Shown here: in pieces, positions 1-11,032 of the stretch | Layout: each line of letters begins with the position of its first letter | Position numbering within the stretch: position 1 is the first letter of the stretch | Notes under the pieces: model-generated | Seen by the model: the letters and a program-made list of their open reading frames with translations, nothing else | The model's database searches: none | What the model was told of the DNA's origin: nothing | Assembly: GCA_043228905.1 (NCBI GenBank) | Contig: JBHGNT010000011.1 | Coordinates: forward strand, 992,001-1,056,000 | Length of the DNA: 64,000 nt | From: Azolla caroliniana | Lineage: Eukaryota > Plantae > Polypodiophyta | Direction: 5' to 3' | Made by a program: the position numbers and the translations under genes

Positions 1-1114
1 TAGCTTTGTATCTCGGGGGGTTGCCGGCATCTCCCGGTTTCAACTTGTACACCCACTTGTTTCGGAGTGCCCGCTTTCCTTTCGGCCACTCCACCAATTT
101 GTACGTATGGTTCTCATGCAAGGAATCCATCTCATCTTGCATGGCACTTAACCATTTGTGGCTATGGGCGTTACTTTTAGCTTCCTCGAAGCTTTCTAGC
201 TCCCCCTCATCGGTTAGTAGCACGTGCTCTGGATCCGGAAATCTCCGGGGGGCCCTTCTCTCTCTAAGAGGATATCTGCGTCCTTGGGCTTCGGTAACCG
301 ACTCCTCCATTTGCTCTTCATCCGAATCCGACTTGGGGTTTTGTCCGGTTTCGGTCTCACCTATTCCTTCTTCTTCTTCGGCTGGTTTTGTCTCCTCACC
401 GTCACCGGTCGGTTCATCGAGTGCTAGTCGGCTTCTTGCCAGTTGGAACTGCATTTCATCAAATCGAAATTTTTCCTTACCGGTCGACTCGAAGTTCATT
501 ATCTTCTTCTCCGACTCTCAATCGGAGAGCATCTTGTCCTCCATGAAGATAATATCTCGACTTTGGAATACTTTCTGGTCAACCGGATCCCACACTCGGT
601 AGCCGAACTCTTCGTCGTCGTAACCGAGGAATATGGATGGGCGGGTCTTTGGATCTAACTTTCCTCTCCGGTCCTTAGCTACATGCACGTATGCAAGACA
701 CCCGAATACCTTCAGATGCCGGTAGGACACTTCCTTATCGGTCTAGACTCTCTGTGGCATGTCTCCGTCCAAGGGTACTGAGGGTGATCTGTTTATCACA
801 TATGTCGCCGTCGACAGTGCCTCAACCCAAAACTTCTTGGGTAATTTTGCATGTGCCAGCATACTCCGAACCCTCTCCATTATGGTTCAGTTCATCCTCT
901 CGGCCAACCCGTTTAGTTCCGGCGTCTTCAGCATGGTAAATTTGAGCCAGATTCCCATCGAGCGACAATACTCCTCGAACTGCCCTCGGTATTCACCTCC
1001 GTTATCTGTTCAAACTGCCTTCAGCTTCCGGCCGGTTTCTCTTTCCACTCTTGCGTGGAGCTCTTTGAAGACGGATAACACCTGATCCTTCGTCTTCAAC
1101 GGTGTGGCCCACAG
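1..1114 (-). pseudogene. copia integrase core to RT start (degenerate)
   Basis: ORF 518-730 YRHLKVFGCLAYVHVAKDRRGKLDPK, closely matching 46260-46480. The rest aligns with 45900-46970 on the opposite strand. Confidence 0.9.
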
Positions 1115-1533
1115 TGTTGTTCTTTGACCGGACAAGGCCTAACACAAGGTGTCACAGAGACACTTCACCAAAGGGTGATTACGGCATAGGATTATGACTC
1201 AACGATTACACCGACTTAAGTAGGTTACACGATTAGAGCGCTTTTGTTAATTACACGCGTAAGATATAACAGTAATTACAGAACGGAAATCAACACAGAA
1301 GTATAAACACCATACGCTCTATTAATTATCCGCTGCGATTACAATGGGGTCCGGGCCTTTAAATAGGTTTCCGGCCCGTAGTACAAGACGGTGCCTATCG
1401 CACCTCTTCGGGATCCGTCCGGATCTGGAACGGCATACCGTTTCTAGTCCGTCCGTCCACACTATGCTTATTTACAACCATACTTAATTAATTCCTTCAC
1501 TCCGTATTTTGGACTCCTTGCCGGCCGGTAACA
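1115..1533 (-). repeat. 3' LTR of the Athila/Tat-like element
   Basis: Direct repeat of 10614-11032. Confidence 0.95.
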
Positions 1534-1585
1534 CATGGCACGCCCGTGGGACAGTACCTTGTACGTCGAACCCTTCTCGGCCCCT

Positions 1586-4426
1586 TCATTGTTCACCCAA
1601 ATTGTCCAAAATACTTTGTTCCAGAGTTTCCAATTGTTCTTCCGGTTGTGGTTGTTGCGGCTGTGCTTGCTGCTGCTGCTGTGGTTGCGGTTGGGACTGA
1701 GACTGCTCCGGCTGCTCTATAGGCGACTGCTCCGTTTGTTTCTCTGACTCCGGCATCTCCGTTTGACTGTTTCCGGTCCGGTCTCCTTCCAGTAACAGTT
1801 CCTCATCACTGAGGTTGACCGTAAACGGTTCTCGTTCTTTCTCTTCCCGGATCCGGGACCTCTCGTAGCTTTCAAACTGGATCTGCGCCTCCAGCCTGTC
1901 GTCATCCAGCTGAGCTACAAGTTGCCGGACTTGCCCTAGTTGGTCCTCTGCCAGGGCTTGAAAGTCTTCGGCCAGCTCATCTCTTATGCCGGTGAAGTCT
2001 TCGGAAGTCGGCATATAGCAATCATCCCCCTCCTTCTGCCGGTTCTCTACGTCGGCCCGGAGCAATTGGAGTTCCGCCGCGTTCTGGGCCCACTTGGTCC
2101 ACCATTTGACGGAACCATTGTCAATCAAGCTCTTGGTCTGGTTCAACCAGGCCCGCATGATATCCTGGATGCGACTTGCTCCCATTTGCGCTCTACTTTC
2201 CACAACTTGTCGTTCCTCCTTCAACTGCTTGATGAGATTAGCCGTATCCTCCGCCTGCTCTTTGTAGTGCGTCAGCTGCCCTTGATATGTTGTTTGCAGC
2301 TTCTGCAGTACCGCCGCCGCTCTTTCTCTTTCCGCCTGCTGTTGCCTGAGGAGCTCCGTCCGAACCTTCTCTGCCTCTTCCAACCGTCTTCTGGTTTCCG
2401 CTTGTTCATTAGCGTATGCCGTTGCGGTCCGATCAACTGCTTGCCGGAGCTCATCCGTCCGTTCCTTGTGCTCCGTTTGCATCCGTTTATACTCCCGGTG
2501 CAAGTGCTCAAACTCCTCCGTTTTTTGTTTGAGCTTGCCATTGATCTGGCGATGGTTCCGGTCCTCCCGGTCCTTTTGCTGCCGGAGTTCCTCTTTCAGG
2601 CGCTCTACTTCTGTTTCGGCGTTCCTCCGGAGCCTGTCCTTCTCTTGCAGCATTTTCTTCTTCTCCTCCTTGAGCCGGTCGTACGCTTGGTGGCCTTTTC
2701 GTAAGCTCTCCTCGGCCCGGCATAGATTCTCAACAGTCTTTTTGAGTTCTGCCTCCGCTGCCGTCTTCAACTCTCTTTCGCGGCTCCTCAGTGCTTCTTG
2801 GGCAGCTAGCTCATCCTTTAAGTCCGCAAGCTCTTGGGCTTGTGCCGCATTTCTCTCCGGAACGGTTTCCGTTGCCGGGGTCTTATTGCTATGTACAGGT
2901 TGATCTGACGCTTTATTCTGTACAGTGCCCGGAGTCACCGGTGCTTGGACTTGTGTTGTCAAAGCCAATTGAGCCATTTCCCTTGTGACCCTGTCCAAGT
3001 CTTGTTCAAGGCTCTGGATTCTGGACCGGGCCGTCTCTAGATCTACGGTTGTGACGAGCAACCGTTCGTGGTGCGCTCTCTCCTCCGCCTCTATGTACTC
3101 GACCGCTCCGGCGATCTGCTCGCCTACCCACCGTAGCCACATGCTACTGGTGCCTTGCTGCTGTGCTGGTCGGGTCGGCTCGTTCACTGTGGAATTGTCT
3201 GGCCTGAGTGCCTGTATCTGCCGTTCTGGTTCTACTCCTTGGCCGCTGTGTGTGCTGGCTGGGCTCGCCGGCTGTTGAGTTCCGGTTCTCGCCGTCTCCG
3301 GAGCCGTTGGAATGACTTCTTGTATAGAAGCCGACAAGGCCGGTTCTATACGGACCGGTTCCGGTTCCTCCCTTGTGGTTTGCTCAGGTTGAGTTGGGGG
3401 CGTTTCTTCCTTTTGCGGGTCCGAACGCTCCCCCGCTGTCCCGGCGGTCCTACTGCTTGACCGTTGTTGGAGGTGCTCTACTGGCTCCTCCGTTTCCTCT
3501 TCCTGGGTAACGGCATGTATCTGTGCCGTCAAGGGTTCCGGTTCCTTCTGTCCCGATCTCCGTATGGTTATCTTAACGGGTCGGACCGGTGACACCTCCT
3601 CCGGTTCCGGGAGCCGTTTCTTCCCTTTCGTCGCCTTCGACGCCAGCAGCTGTTGTCGTTTGGACGCGGGCTTCGAGGTGCTTCCTTCCGATAATCTTGG
3701 CCGCTTCTTTGGCTGAACGGTCTCGACCGGCGGCGCGAGCAATGTTTTCCACTGAGCTACGGCATGCCACAGCTTCCGGCCCTCCTTGCCGTCCTTTCCT
3801 CGTACCGTGTCGATTGCCGCGCACAAACCGTCTGCAATCAACACCGGCCAATCCACCTTGATCCCTTCATAGGTGGCTATGATCATCCCTGCCCGATTTT
3901 TTGGCATGACAGGGGTTCGGGGGTACACGTGGCCGTACTCATGGAGCACTCGAGCTATCTCCCTGAATAGCGGATCTTCGCCGCCCTGCGTTCGATAGCC
4001 TTTGCTGGCTAGAGAGTACTCACCGAAATATCGGATGAGTTGCTCCGAGGTTGGGTTATCAATCTGAAAAATACCTCCCTCCGGAAGGCCTGTTAGCGCA
4101 CGGATCGCTTCCTCGGTGATGACTTCTGTGTCGAGCTCCTTGATGACCCTGTCGGCTTCTTTGTGCGGTGGTGCCTCCATGATGGTCAAGAACCCATCCA
4201 GTCCGTGTTGCCTGAGCCATTTCCTGGCCACTTCCGACAGCGTTTGTGGGTCCATGTCTGCTTCGAGGTCGAGGAAAGATGGCGAGGTAGAGTGGTGATG
4301 AGAGTGAGAGCGAGAGAGAGAGAGTTCAGAACGTGGGGGTTCTCTGAGTGCAGGTTCGCGTCTGATAAGCTTCAACCGCCTTGGTGCTTCTGTGCTTCTT
4401 GGCTCGCGAAATGAAAAGGTCTCCAT
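1586..4426 (-). CDS. intact 946-aa extra ORF in the env position: plant-mobile-domain/transposon-protein-like N-terminus, basic NLS-like patches, long coiled coil
   Basis: Uninterrupted ORF, first ATG at 4426, between pol and the 3' LTR. VITEEAIRALTGLPEGG and IKVDWPVLIADGL resemble PMD/plant transposon protein motifs. PKKRPR and KGKKR patches, E/K/Q/R heptad-rich C-terminal half, no evident transmembrane segment. Confidence 0.75.
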   Translation of the reverse strand: METFSFREPRSTEAPRRLKLIRREPALREPPRSELSLSRSHSHHHSTSPSFLDLEADMDPQTLSEVARKWLRQHGLDGFLTIMEAPPHKEADRVIKELDTEVITEEAIRALTGLPEGGIFQIDNPTSEQLIRYFGEYSLASKGYRTQGGEDPLFREIARVLHEYGHVYPRTPVMPKNRAGMIIATYEGIKVDWPVLIADGLCAAIDTVRGKDGKEGRKLWHAVAQWKTLLAPPVETVQPKKRPRLSEGSTSKPASKRQQLLASKATKGKKRLPEPEEVSPVRPVKITIRRSGQKEPEPLTAQIHAVTQEEETEEPVEHLQQRSSSRTAGTAGERSDPQKEETPPTQPEQTTREEPEPVRIEPALSASIQEVIPTAPETARTGTQQPASPASTHSGQGVEPERQIQALRPDNSTVNEPTRPAQQQGTSSMWLRWVGEQIAGAVEYIEAEERAHHERLLVTTVDLETARSRIQSLEQDLDRVTREMAQLALTTQVQAPVTPGTVQNKASDQPVHSNKTPATETVPERNAAQAQELADLKDELAAQEALRSRERELKTAAEAELKKTVENLCRAEESLRKGHQAYDRLKEEKKKMLQEKDRLRRNAETEVERLKEELRQQKDREDRNHRQINGKLKQKTEEFEHLHREYKRMQTEHKERTDELRQAVDRTATAYANEQAETRRRLEEAEKVRTELLRQQQAERERAAAVLQKLQTTYQGQLTHYKEQAEDTANLIKQLKEERQVVESRAQMGASRIQDIMRAWLNQTKSLIDNGSVKWWTKWAQNAAELQLLRADVENRQKEGDDCYMPTSEDFTGIRDELAEDFQALAEDQLGQVRQLVAQLDDDRLEAQIQFESYERSRIREEKEREPFTVNLSDEELLLEGDRTGNSQTEMPESEKQTEQSPIEQPEQSQSQPQPQQQQQAQPQQPQPEEQLETLEQSILDNLGEQ

Positions 4427-4653
4427 ACGTTCTGCTTTTTCTCTGTGCGTCTTGGCGCCTTTTTCGAGCGTGCGCACGTCGTGTACCAATTTAGTATTAA
4501 GTCATGTGGCGGCTCTTAAATGCCCACTACGTACCTTTTCGCTCCTTGATTTCACGTCCGTTCATACCTCGATTTTTAATGATTTCTTTTTTTTTTCGCT
4601 CGATTTTTTATTTTATTATTATTATTTTTTTTTTTAAATGACGGTATGTGATC

Positions 4654-7600
4654 TTACACATCCATAGGTCCCTTCGGACCCTTACCGTTTTCCTTACGGG
4701 TTGCCGTGTCTTCCTTCGCCTCTGCTACGGGTTCCCCGTCGTCTTTTTCTTCCATCCGTACCGTTCCCGGACAGGTTTCCGGTATAGTGCCGGTGGGCTG
4801 CATAAACGGGTTACTTGGCATCGGTCCTTGATAGGGCTTTAGTCTAAATCCGTTGACCCACTTGCCTAGCACTTCACCGGCAAGTGTCCCTAACTGATAG
4901 GACCCGTTGTATTCCCGTGTCAGCCAATACGGGCCTGTCCATCTAAACCGGAGTTTACCCGGCATCTTACCCATCCTCGTTTGGAATACTAGCACCGGCT
5001 TTCCGATTTCGAACATCTTTTCATTACCTTTCCGGTGACGGTCAACAAACGCTTTCCGTCGTCGTTGCTCCAGTTCCATGTGTAGGATGCTGGCAAGCCG
5101 TTGCTCCTCCAATTCGCATAGTGCTGCTAGCCGCATTTCCTCCGACTCCTTTTCATTCAGCCGTTCCCGTAGTTGGATCCGTAAGCTTGGTACCTGAAAT
5201 TCCACCGGCATGACCGCCTCTAAGCCGAACGCTAACCGGAACGGCGTTGTCCGGATACTTGTTTTGTATGCCGTTCGGTACGCCCATAGCGTGCTATGGA
5301 GCTTTGTATCCCAGTCCGTCCGGTTTTCATTGACGATTTTGCGGAGAATGTTCTGGAGCGTTTTGTTGGTTGACTCTGCTAACCCGTTTGCTTGTGGGTA
5401 GTACGGTGTGCTCCGTTTATGGACCACGGCATAGAACGTTGTTAAGCTTTCAACTACCTGGCCGAGAAAGTGCCCTCCTTGGTCGCTGATTAATTCAATC
5501 GGACATCCATATCGGCACCAAATGTTCTCGTACAGGAATTTTGCTGTGGATGACGCGGTGTTGTCTCTCAAGGCCTTAGCCTCCACCCATTTAGTGCAAT
5601 AATCTGTTGCCACGATGACATAACGATTACCCGTTCTCATTGTCGGTGGCTTGAACGGTCCGACAAAATCCAACCCCCACTTCTGGAATGGCTCTAGTGG
5701 AAGTACCGGTTGGTGTGGCATCCGTGCTTGCTCCGTAGGCTGGCCCATTCGTTGGCATAGGTCACATTCCTTAGCATACTTGACGGCGTCTTTTAACGTC
5801 GTGGGCCACCATAAGCCGCTCTGCCATACTTTCCTTGCCGTTGCTTCCCCGGCATAGTGTCCTCCGGCAACCCCACAGTGTGCTTCCCGTAAGATTACTT
5901 GTTTCTCGTCACTACGGACTGCCCGTCTCCATATTCCATCTGCTCCCTTGTGCTAGAGAGTGTCCCGTAACAGACAGAAATTGCGGCTCTGCACCGCCAG
6001 TCGTTTCCTCTCGTCCCGGTTCATTTCCTCCGGTGGCAGGCCCGTGCTTAGGAACTGGTGCATGTTTGTCAGCCACCTATCTTCTGATGCCACCGTGTCG
6101 TCCGCTGCCGTTTCCGGGGTGATACGGAATAACTCTGCGTCCGGGAATTCATCCGATACTCCGTCGCCTGATTCTCCGGACTCTAACCGGCTCAGGTAGT
6201 CTGCTACGGCATGCTGGATACCGGGTCGGTGGAAGATCTCGAATTCGAACTCCTGCAACAGCAAGGTCCAACGGGCCAACTTACCGGTCAGGGACGCCTT
6301 GGACACTAAGTACAGGAGCGCCGAGTGATCCACATGAAAGGAGAACTTCCTTCCCAATAGGTAATGACGAAACTTTGTGACACTGTAGATCATGCCCAGG
6401 GCCTCCCGTTCCGTAGTCGAATAGTTCTTCTCCGCTTGGGACAGCTTCCGGCTGGCGTAATATACCGGCCGGTACCATTTGGGCTCCGTAAGTTGCATTA
6501 AGGCGCTGCCGATAGCGATGTCGGAAGCGTCAACGAACACATGAAATTCCTTGCTCCAATCCGGAGGCTGCACGACGGGTGCTTGCGACAAAAGTACCTT
6601 CAGGGCGTTGTATGCCTTATCCTCCGTATTCGTCCATTGGAACGGTGTCCGATGTACCGCGGTGTGTAATGGTGTAGCCAAGTCAGCCAAGTGACGGAGC
6701 ATCCGGCTGTGCCACTGGATCTGTCCTAAGAATCGGGTTAGTGCTTTGGCTGTTTTCGGCGCCGGTGCCCCTAGTATCGCGTTTACTTTGTCCGGGTCGA
6801 CCACAATGCCCTCCTTACTTACAATGTGTCCCAGTAAGATTCCACTTGAAACCCCAAAGATGCATTTCGCTGGGTTTAAGCTTAGCCGGTATAACCTACA
6901 CTTTTCAAGGCATAACCGTAGGTGCTGCAAATGGTCTTTTTCCCGGCTATAGACTGCAAAGTCATCCAGGAAAACCTGCATGAAGGCTGGAATGTATTCG
7001 CCGAAGATCTCCATGATGATTCGCTGGAAAGTTGCTGGTGCCGTTTTTAGTCCGAACATCATTACTACGGCAACAAACACCCCCCATTCGGTGACGAACG
7101 CTGTCTTCTCCTGGTCGTCAGGGTGCATCCGGATTTGATTGTATCCGCTGAACCCGTCTAAAAAGCTATAAACTTCATGGCCGGCGACGGCATCCAGTAC
7201 TCCATCCGTGAACGGAAGAGGGAATGCATCCGTAATTGTGGCTGCATTTAGTTTCTTGTAATCTACACATACGCGGATTTTACCGTTCTTCTTTGGGACG
7301 ACGACGATGGGGCTCAGCCACGTCGCTTTCTTTACCGGCTGGATGAAGCCCACTCTTAGGAGTTTGTCGATTTCCTCCTTCAGTTTGGCGGCGTAGTTGG
7401 GGTTCATTCGGTAATGTCTTTGCGCCACTGGTTTCGCGTCCTTGCCTAAGTGGATCTGATGCTGATATAATTGAGGGTCCAGCCCTCGCATGTCTTCGTA
7501 TGACCAGGCGAATACGTCGCGAAACTCCGTGAGAAGTTTGATCATCCCCGCTTTATCTTCCGGCTTCATCTCTTTGGCGATGTGTACCGGCTTTGATTCG

Positions 7601-10560
7601 TCCTTGCTTCCTAGGTTCACTTCGTCGAGCTGGGATGTTTTTACCCGTTGGGAAACGGCCATTTCCCGTTCCAACGCTTCCTGTGCTTGCCGTAATTCCC
7701 GAATCGAATCTTTGTCTGGTTCGGCTTCGGTGTCGTCCCGCTGTGGCAAGTATGGTGCTACGGCTTCAGCCACGTCAATCTCGAAGAGTGGTACGATCTT
7801 CGGGTGTTCCTCCAAGTACTGGGCTTCTTCGTCGTCTGCTAACCCTTCAAGCATGTTCACGCATTCCGCATACAGCGGTGTGCATTCCTTACCGTTGCTC
7901 ATCCGTGGTTGTGTCGGTACCCGGACCTTGGCTTTTCCGCGCCGGAAGGTAATCATATTTTTCCGCCAATTTTGCTTGATGTGTGCTGTTTTCAACCATG
8001 GTCTGCCCAGCAACAGTGGGTACGCGCCTTGCGCCTGTAGCTGCAGCACGACAGCCGAGATGTGAAATGTGTGACCTCCTATGGTGACTTCCAATTTCCG
8101 TATTAAGCCCGTTGGCCGTACAGAGCTCGTATCCGCCATCCGTAGCCAGAACGGACATGGCTCCCATTCATGTATACCCAAGGCATCACACGTGTAGAGG
8201 CTTATTACGTTCACCCCGGAACCTCCATCGATTACTGTGCCGGGAAGTTCGTGCCCTTTGACAATAGCTGTAATCACCGGACTACTAGTGTCCACCACCG
8301 TCGGTCCCTCCTCCGGATTCGAGAAGAGGACTGGTGCCGGTGGGGCTACACCATCTGTCATGACCGTTTTTAGTCCTTCCGTAAATCGCGGCACAAGCTG
8401 CAAGAGTCTTCCTAATGGCAACGTGATCAGACATTCTTGCAGTGCTTGCCATGTCTCGTTTTCTACGTGGCTACCGCCGGCACTCCCTATGGTATTCGCC
8501 TTTTGCCGTTCTGCGTCCGCGACGTTCCTTTCATTGGCTTCCTTCACCCATTCCGTCGCCTGTTTTCGTATGGCCTCTTGTGTTTCCCACTCTTTGGCCA
8601 TGCCTTTCGACCGTGTGGTTACTTGCTGTAAATCCGCCACTTCCGGAACCACCATATTAACTGCTGGTCGTTTATCGTAGCTCTTTGCCGGGCACTGGTT
8701 ACTGTAGTGGCCTTCCTGCCTGCAGTAGTAGCAGTACTCTTTACGGGTATTGCTGGATTCAGCATTGCTGGTAGCCGGAGTCGGTCCCGTAGTGAGTGGT
8801 GCATTCTGTGCCGGTTGGCTCCTTGGGGTTCCATGTTCCGGGTCCCTAGGGTGACCACCTTTCTTGAAATTACATTTCTTATTATTCTTATTTTTATTTC
8901 GGTAGTCCTGTCGTGGTGGATCGTAAAATCGGCCGTAGTCCTCCTGGTGCCTTCGGTAACCAGGGGAATGGTCTCTGTCGTATTGCTCGTGTCGTCTGTT
9001 GGACTCCCGATAACGGTCCGATCGCTCATACCGGTCGTAGTTATCATGCCGATCCCCGTACCGGCCATCATTCTCTTGTCTGTCTCCGTACCGGACATCC
9101 TGTGCCGGTCGGTACCGGTTCATTCTTTGCCAACGATCTTCATCTTCGTCTCGGCTGCTTCTTGGCTCGATCCGTCGGACGGGTGGTGCTTGTCGGTCTA
9201 GCAGGTTATACTCGCACCGGTCCGTTGTATGACTCTTGGATTGACAAATCACACACTGGGTTCGCATGGTGCACTCCACTGCCGAGTGTCCGGCATTCAA
9301 GCAGATTGTGCATTGAATTGCCTGCCGGAACCGGAGATCTTCATCGGTGGGTAACGCCCGTTGCAGTGCTCCCAGTGTAAGCCATGAGCTTGACTTTTCC
9401 ATTTCTCTGACCCGGTCAATGACCTGGTCAATGGTGCTTCCTCGAAAGTCGATCACCGTACACACCGTGCGTAACGGTTCCCGGAGTGCGTTTAAAAATA
9501 TCGTCCGTAATTCCTCCTCCGGGGGTGCACGGGCAAGCTGGCTATGCATTCGTTGGAAACGGATGACGAATTGGGGAATGCTTTCCCCTGCCTCCTATCG
9601 GATCGTATAAAACAGGCCCACCATTATCGTCTGGTCGACCTCCTTGTGGAAAAAATGCAAGAATTTTGCTTTTAATTCTGCAAAGGTTGTGATGGTCGCC
9701 GGGTCCTGCGTCCGCCGCCATCGTGCCGCTGGTCCTTCCAACGTGACCCCGAATTCCTCTATCTTCGAGCGTTCTTCTTCCTCCGGTGTCAATCGCTGGG
9801 ACGCGTGATTTGCTTCCCATGTCTGCTCGAAGGCATGAACATGCGCTTCCGCGTCCGGATCATCGCGATACTTTGAGTATTGGAACGGCATGTCGTCGTC
9901 CAGTATTAGGCCGCGGTTTAGTGGCGTTTGTTGATATCTTTCTGGTTTTCTCTCCGGTTCCACTTCCGGTTCTTTATCCGGTTCTTTTTCCGGTTCTTCT
10001 TCCGGTTCTTTTTCCGGTTCTTTCACCGGCTCTTCTTCCGGTTCCTTCACCGGCTCTTCTTCCGGTACCTTCGCCGGCTCTTTCGTTGGTGTCGGTGGCT
10101 TTGCTTCTTCCACTTCCGGTGTTGGTGGGTTGACGGCTTCCGTTTGCGGTTCCGGATAGCCCTGGTCGAACGGTTCCGGTTCTGGAGTCGGCACGGTATC
10201 CGACCTGTCGTCCTCCGGGCCGCCGGGGGTATCGTTGCTGCTCCGGTAGTTCGTGTGCACGCTGTATCCCCCTTCGGAATCCGATTCGTAGGCTGAAAAG
10301 GCTTCTGCCTCGTTTTCTCCGCTTGCCAGCGCCTCGAGGAGGCGTTCGGTTTCCCGGAGACTACTTAGACTGCTTCCGTCGTCCTGGTCGCGAGTTTGCT
10401 GTAACCGAAGAGATTCCTCCGCGACTCTCCGGATCACGTTGGAGAACGAACGATCCGAGAGAATTTCGTGCGCTGCTTGCTGGAAAGTCTCACGCCGTCT
10501 TTGCCGTTCGGCGAGGCGTCGAGCTCGGTCTGTAACCAGGTCGTGCGTTGGTCTAGTCAT
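4654..10560 (-). pseudogene. single-frame gag-pol polyprotein with two in-frame TAG stops (9595-9597 and 5953-5955)
   Basis: ORFs 9595-10560, 5953-9549 and 4654-5748 share one frame and the gaps read through (EAGESIPQFVIRFQR; HKGADGIWRR...HCGVAGGHYAG). Motifs: Zn knuckles CTICLNAGH and CYYCRQEGHYSNQC, protease VIDGGSGVN, RT LDGFSGYNQI...FLDD, RNase H VDASDIAIG...TTEREALG, integrase. Confidence 0.92.
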
Positions 10561-10597
10561 CCATTAAGCCGCCGTTCGCTGCGAGAAAGCAGGAATC

Positions 10598-10607
10598 GTG
10601 GTCGCCA
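10598..10607 (-). promoter_or_regulatory. primer-binding site, probably tRNA-Arg
   Basis: TGGCGACCAC on minus is complementary to a tRNA 3' end ...GTGGTCGCCA, as recalled for plant tRNA-Arg(UCG). It lies 6 nt from the LTR. Confidence 0.65.
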
Positions 10608-10613
10608 AAACTG

Positions 10614-11032
10614 TGTTGTTCTTTGACTGGACAAGGCCTAACACAAGGTGTCACGGAGACACTTCACCAAAGGGTGATTACGGCATAGGATTATGACTCA
10701 ACGATTACACCGACTTAAGTAGGTTACACGATTAGAGCGCTTTTGTTAATTACACGCGTAAGATATAACAGTAATTACAGAACGGAAATCAACACAGAAG
10801 TATAAACACCATACGCTCTATTAATTATCCGCTGCGATTACAATGGGGTTCAGGCCTTTAAATAGGTTTCCGGCCCGTAGTACAAGACGGTGCCTATCGC
10901 ACCTCTTCGGGATCCGTCCGGATCTGGAACGGCTTACCGTTTCCAGTCCGTCCGTCCACACTATGCTTATTTACAACCATACTTAATTAATTCCTTCACT
11001 CCGTATTTTGGACTCCTTGCCGGCCGGTAACA
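10614..11032 (-). repeat. 5' LTR of the Athila/Tat-like element
   Basis: Direct repeat of 1115-1533, followed on minus by the PBS. Confidence 0.95.

Larger units (their letters stand above)
1115..11032 (-). mobile_element. full-length non-chromovirus Ty3/gypsy element (Athila/Tat-like) with a 3' extra ORF
   Basis: 419-bp LTRs at 1115-1533 and 10614-11032 (about 6 mismatches by eye), TG...CA ends, and 5-bp TSD CACAG (1110-1114 / 11033-11037). Domain order PR-RT-RH-INT. Integrase motif FQKWGLDFVGPF...YVIVATDYCTKWVEA is of the Athila/Tat type. Confidence 0.93.

Noticed and set aside
1586-4489. Calling the extra ORF an env gene
   Set aside because: The position fits, but no hydrophobic signal or transmembrane segment is evident; it looks soluble and nuclear.
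5953-9597. TAG codons in gag-pol as programmed read-through
   Set aside because: They fall inside gag (a likely CAG>TAG) and in the RH-INT linker (a likely TAY>TAG), not at a gag/pol boundary; point mutations are more parsimonious.
1940-10296. Many 60-250 aa plus-strand ORFs opposite the Gypsy ORFs (likewise 46523-47318 and 50933-51865 on minus)
   Set aside because: Antisense shadows of GC-rich TE coding sequence with no independent motifs.
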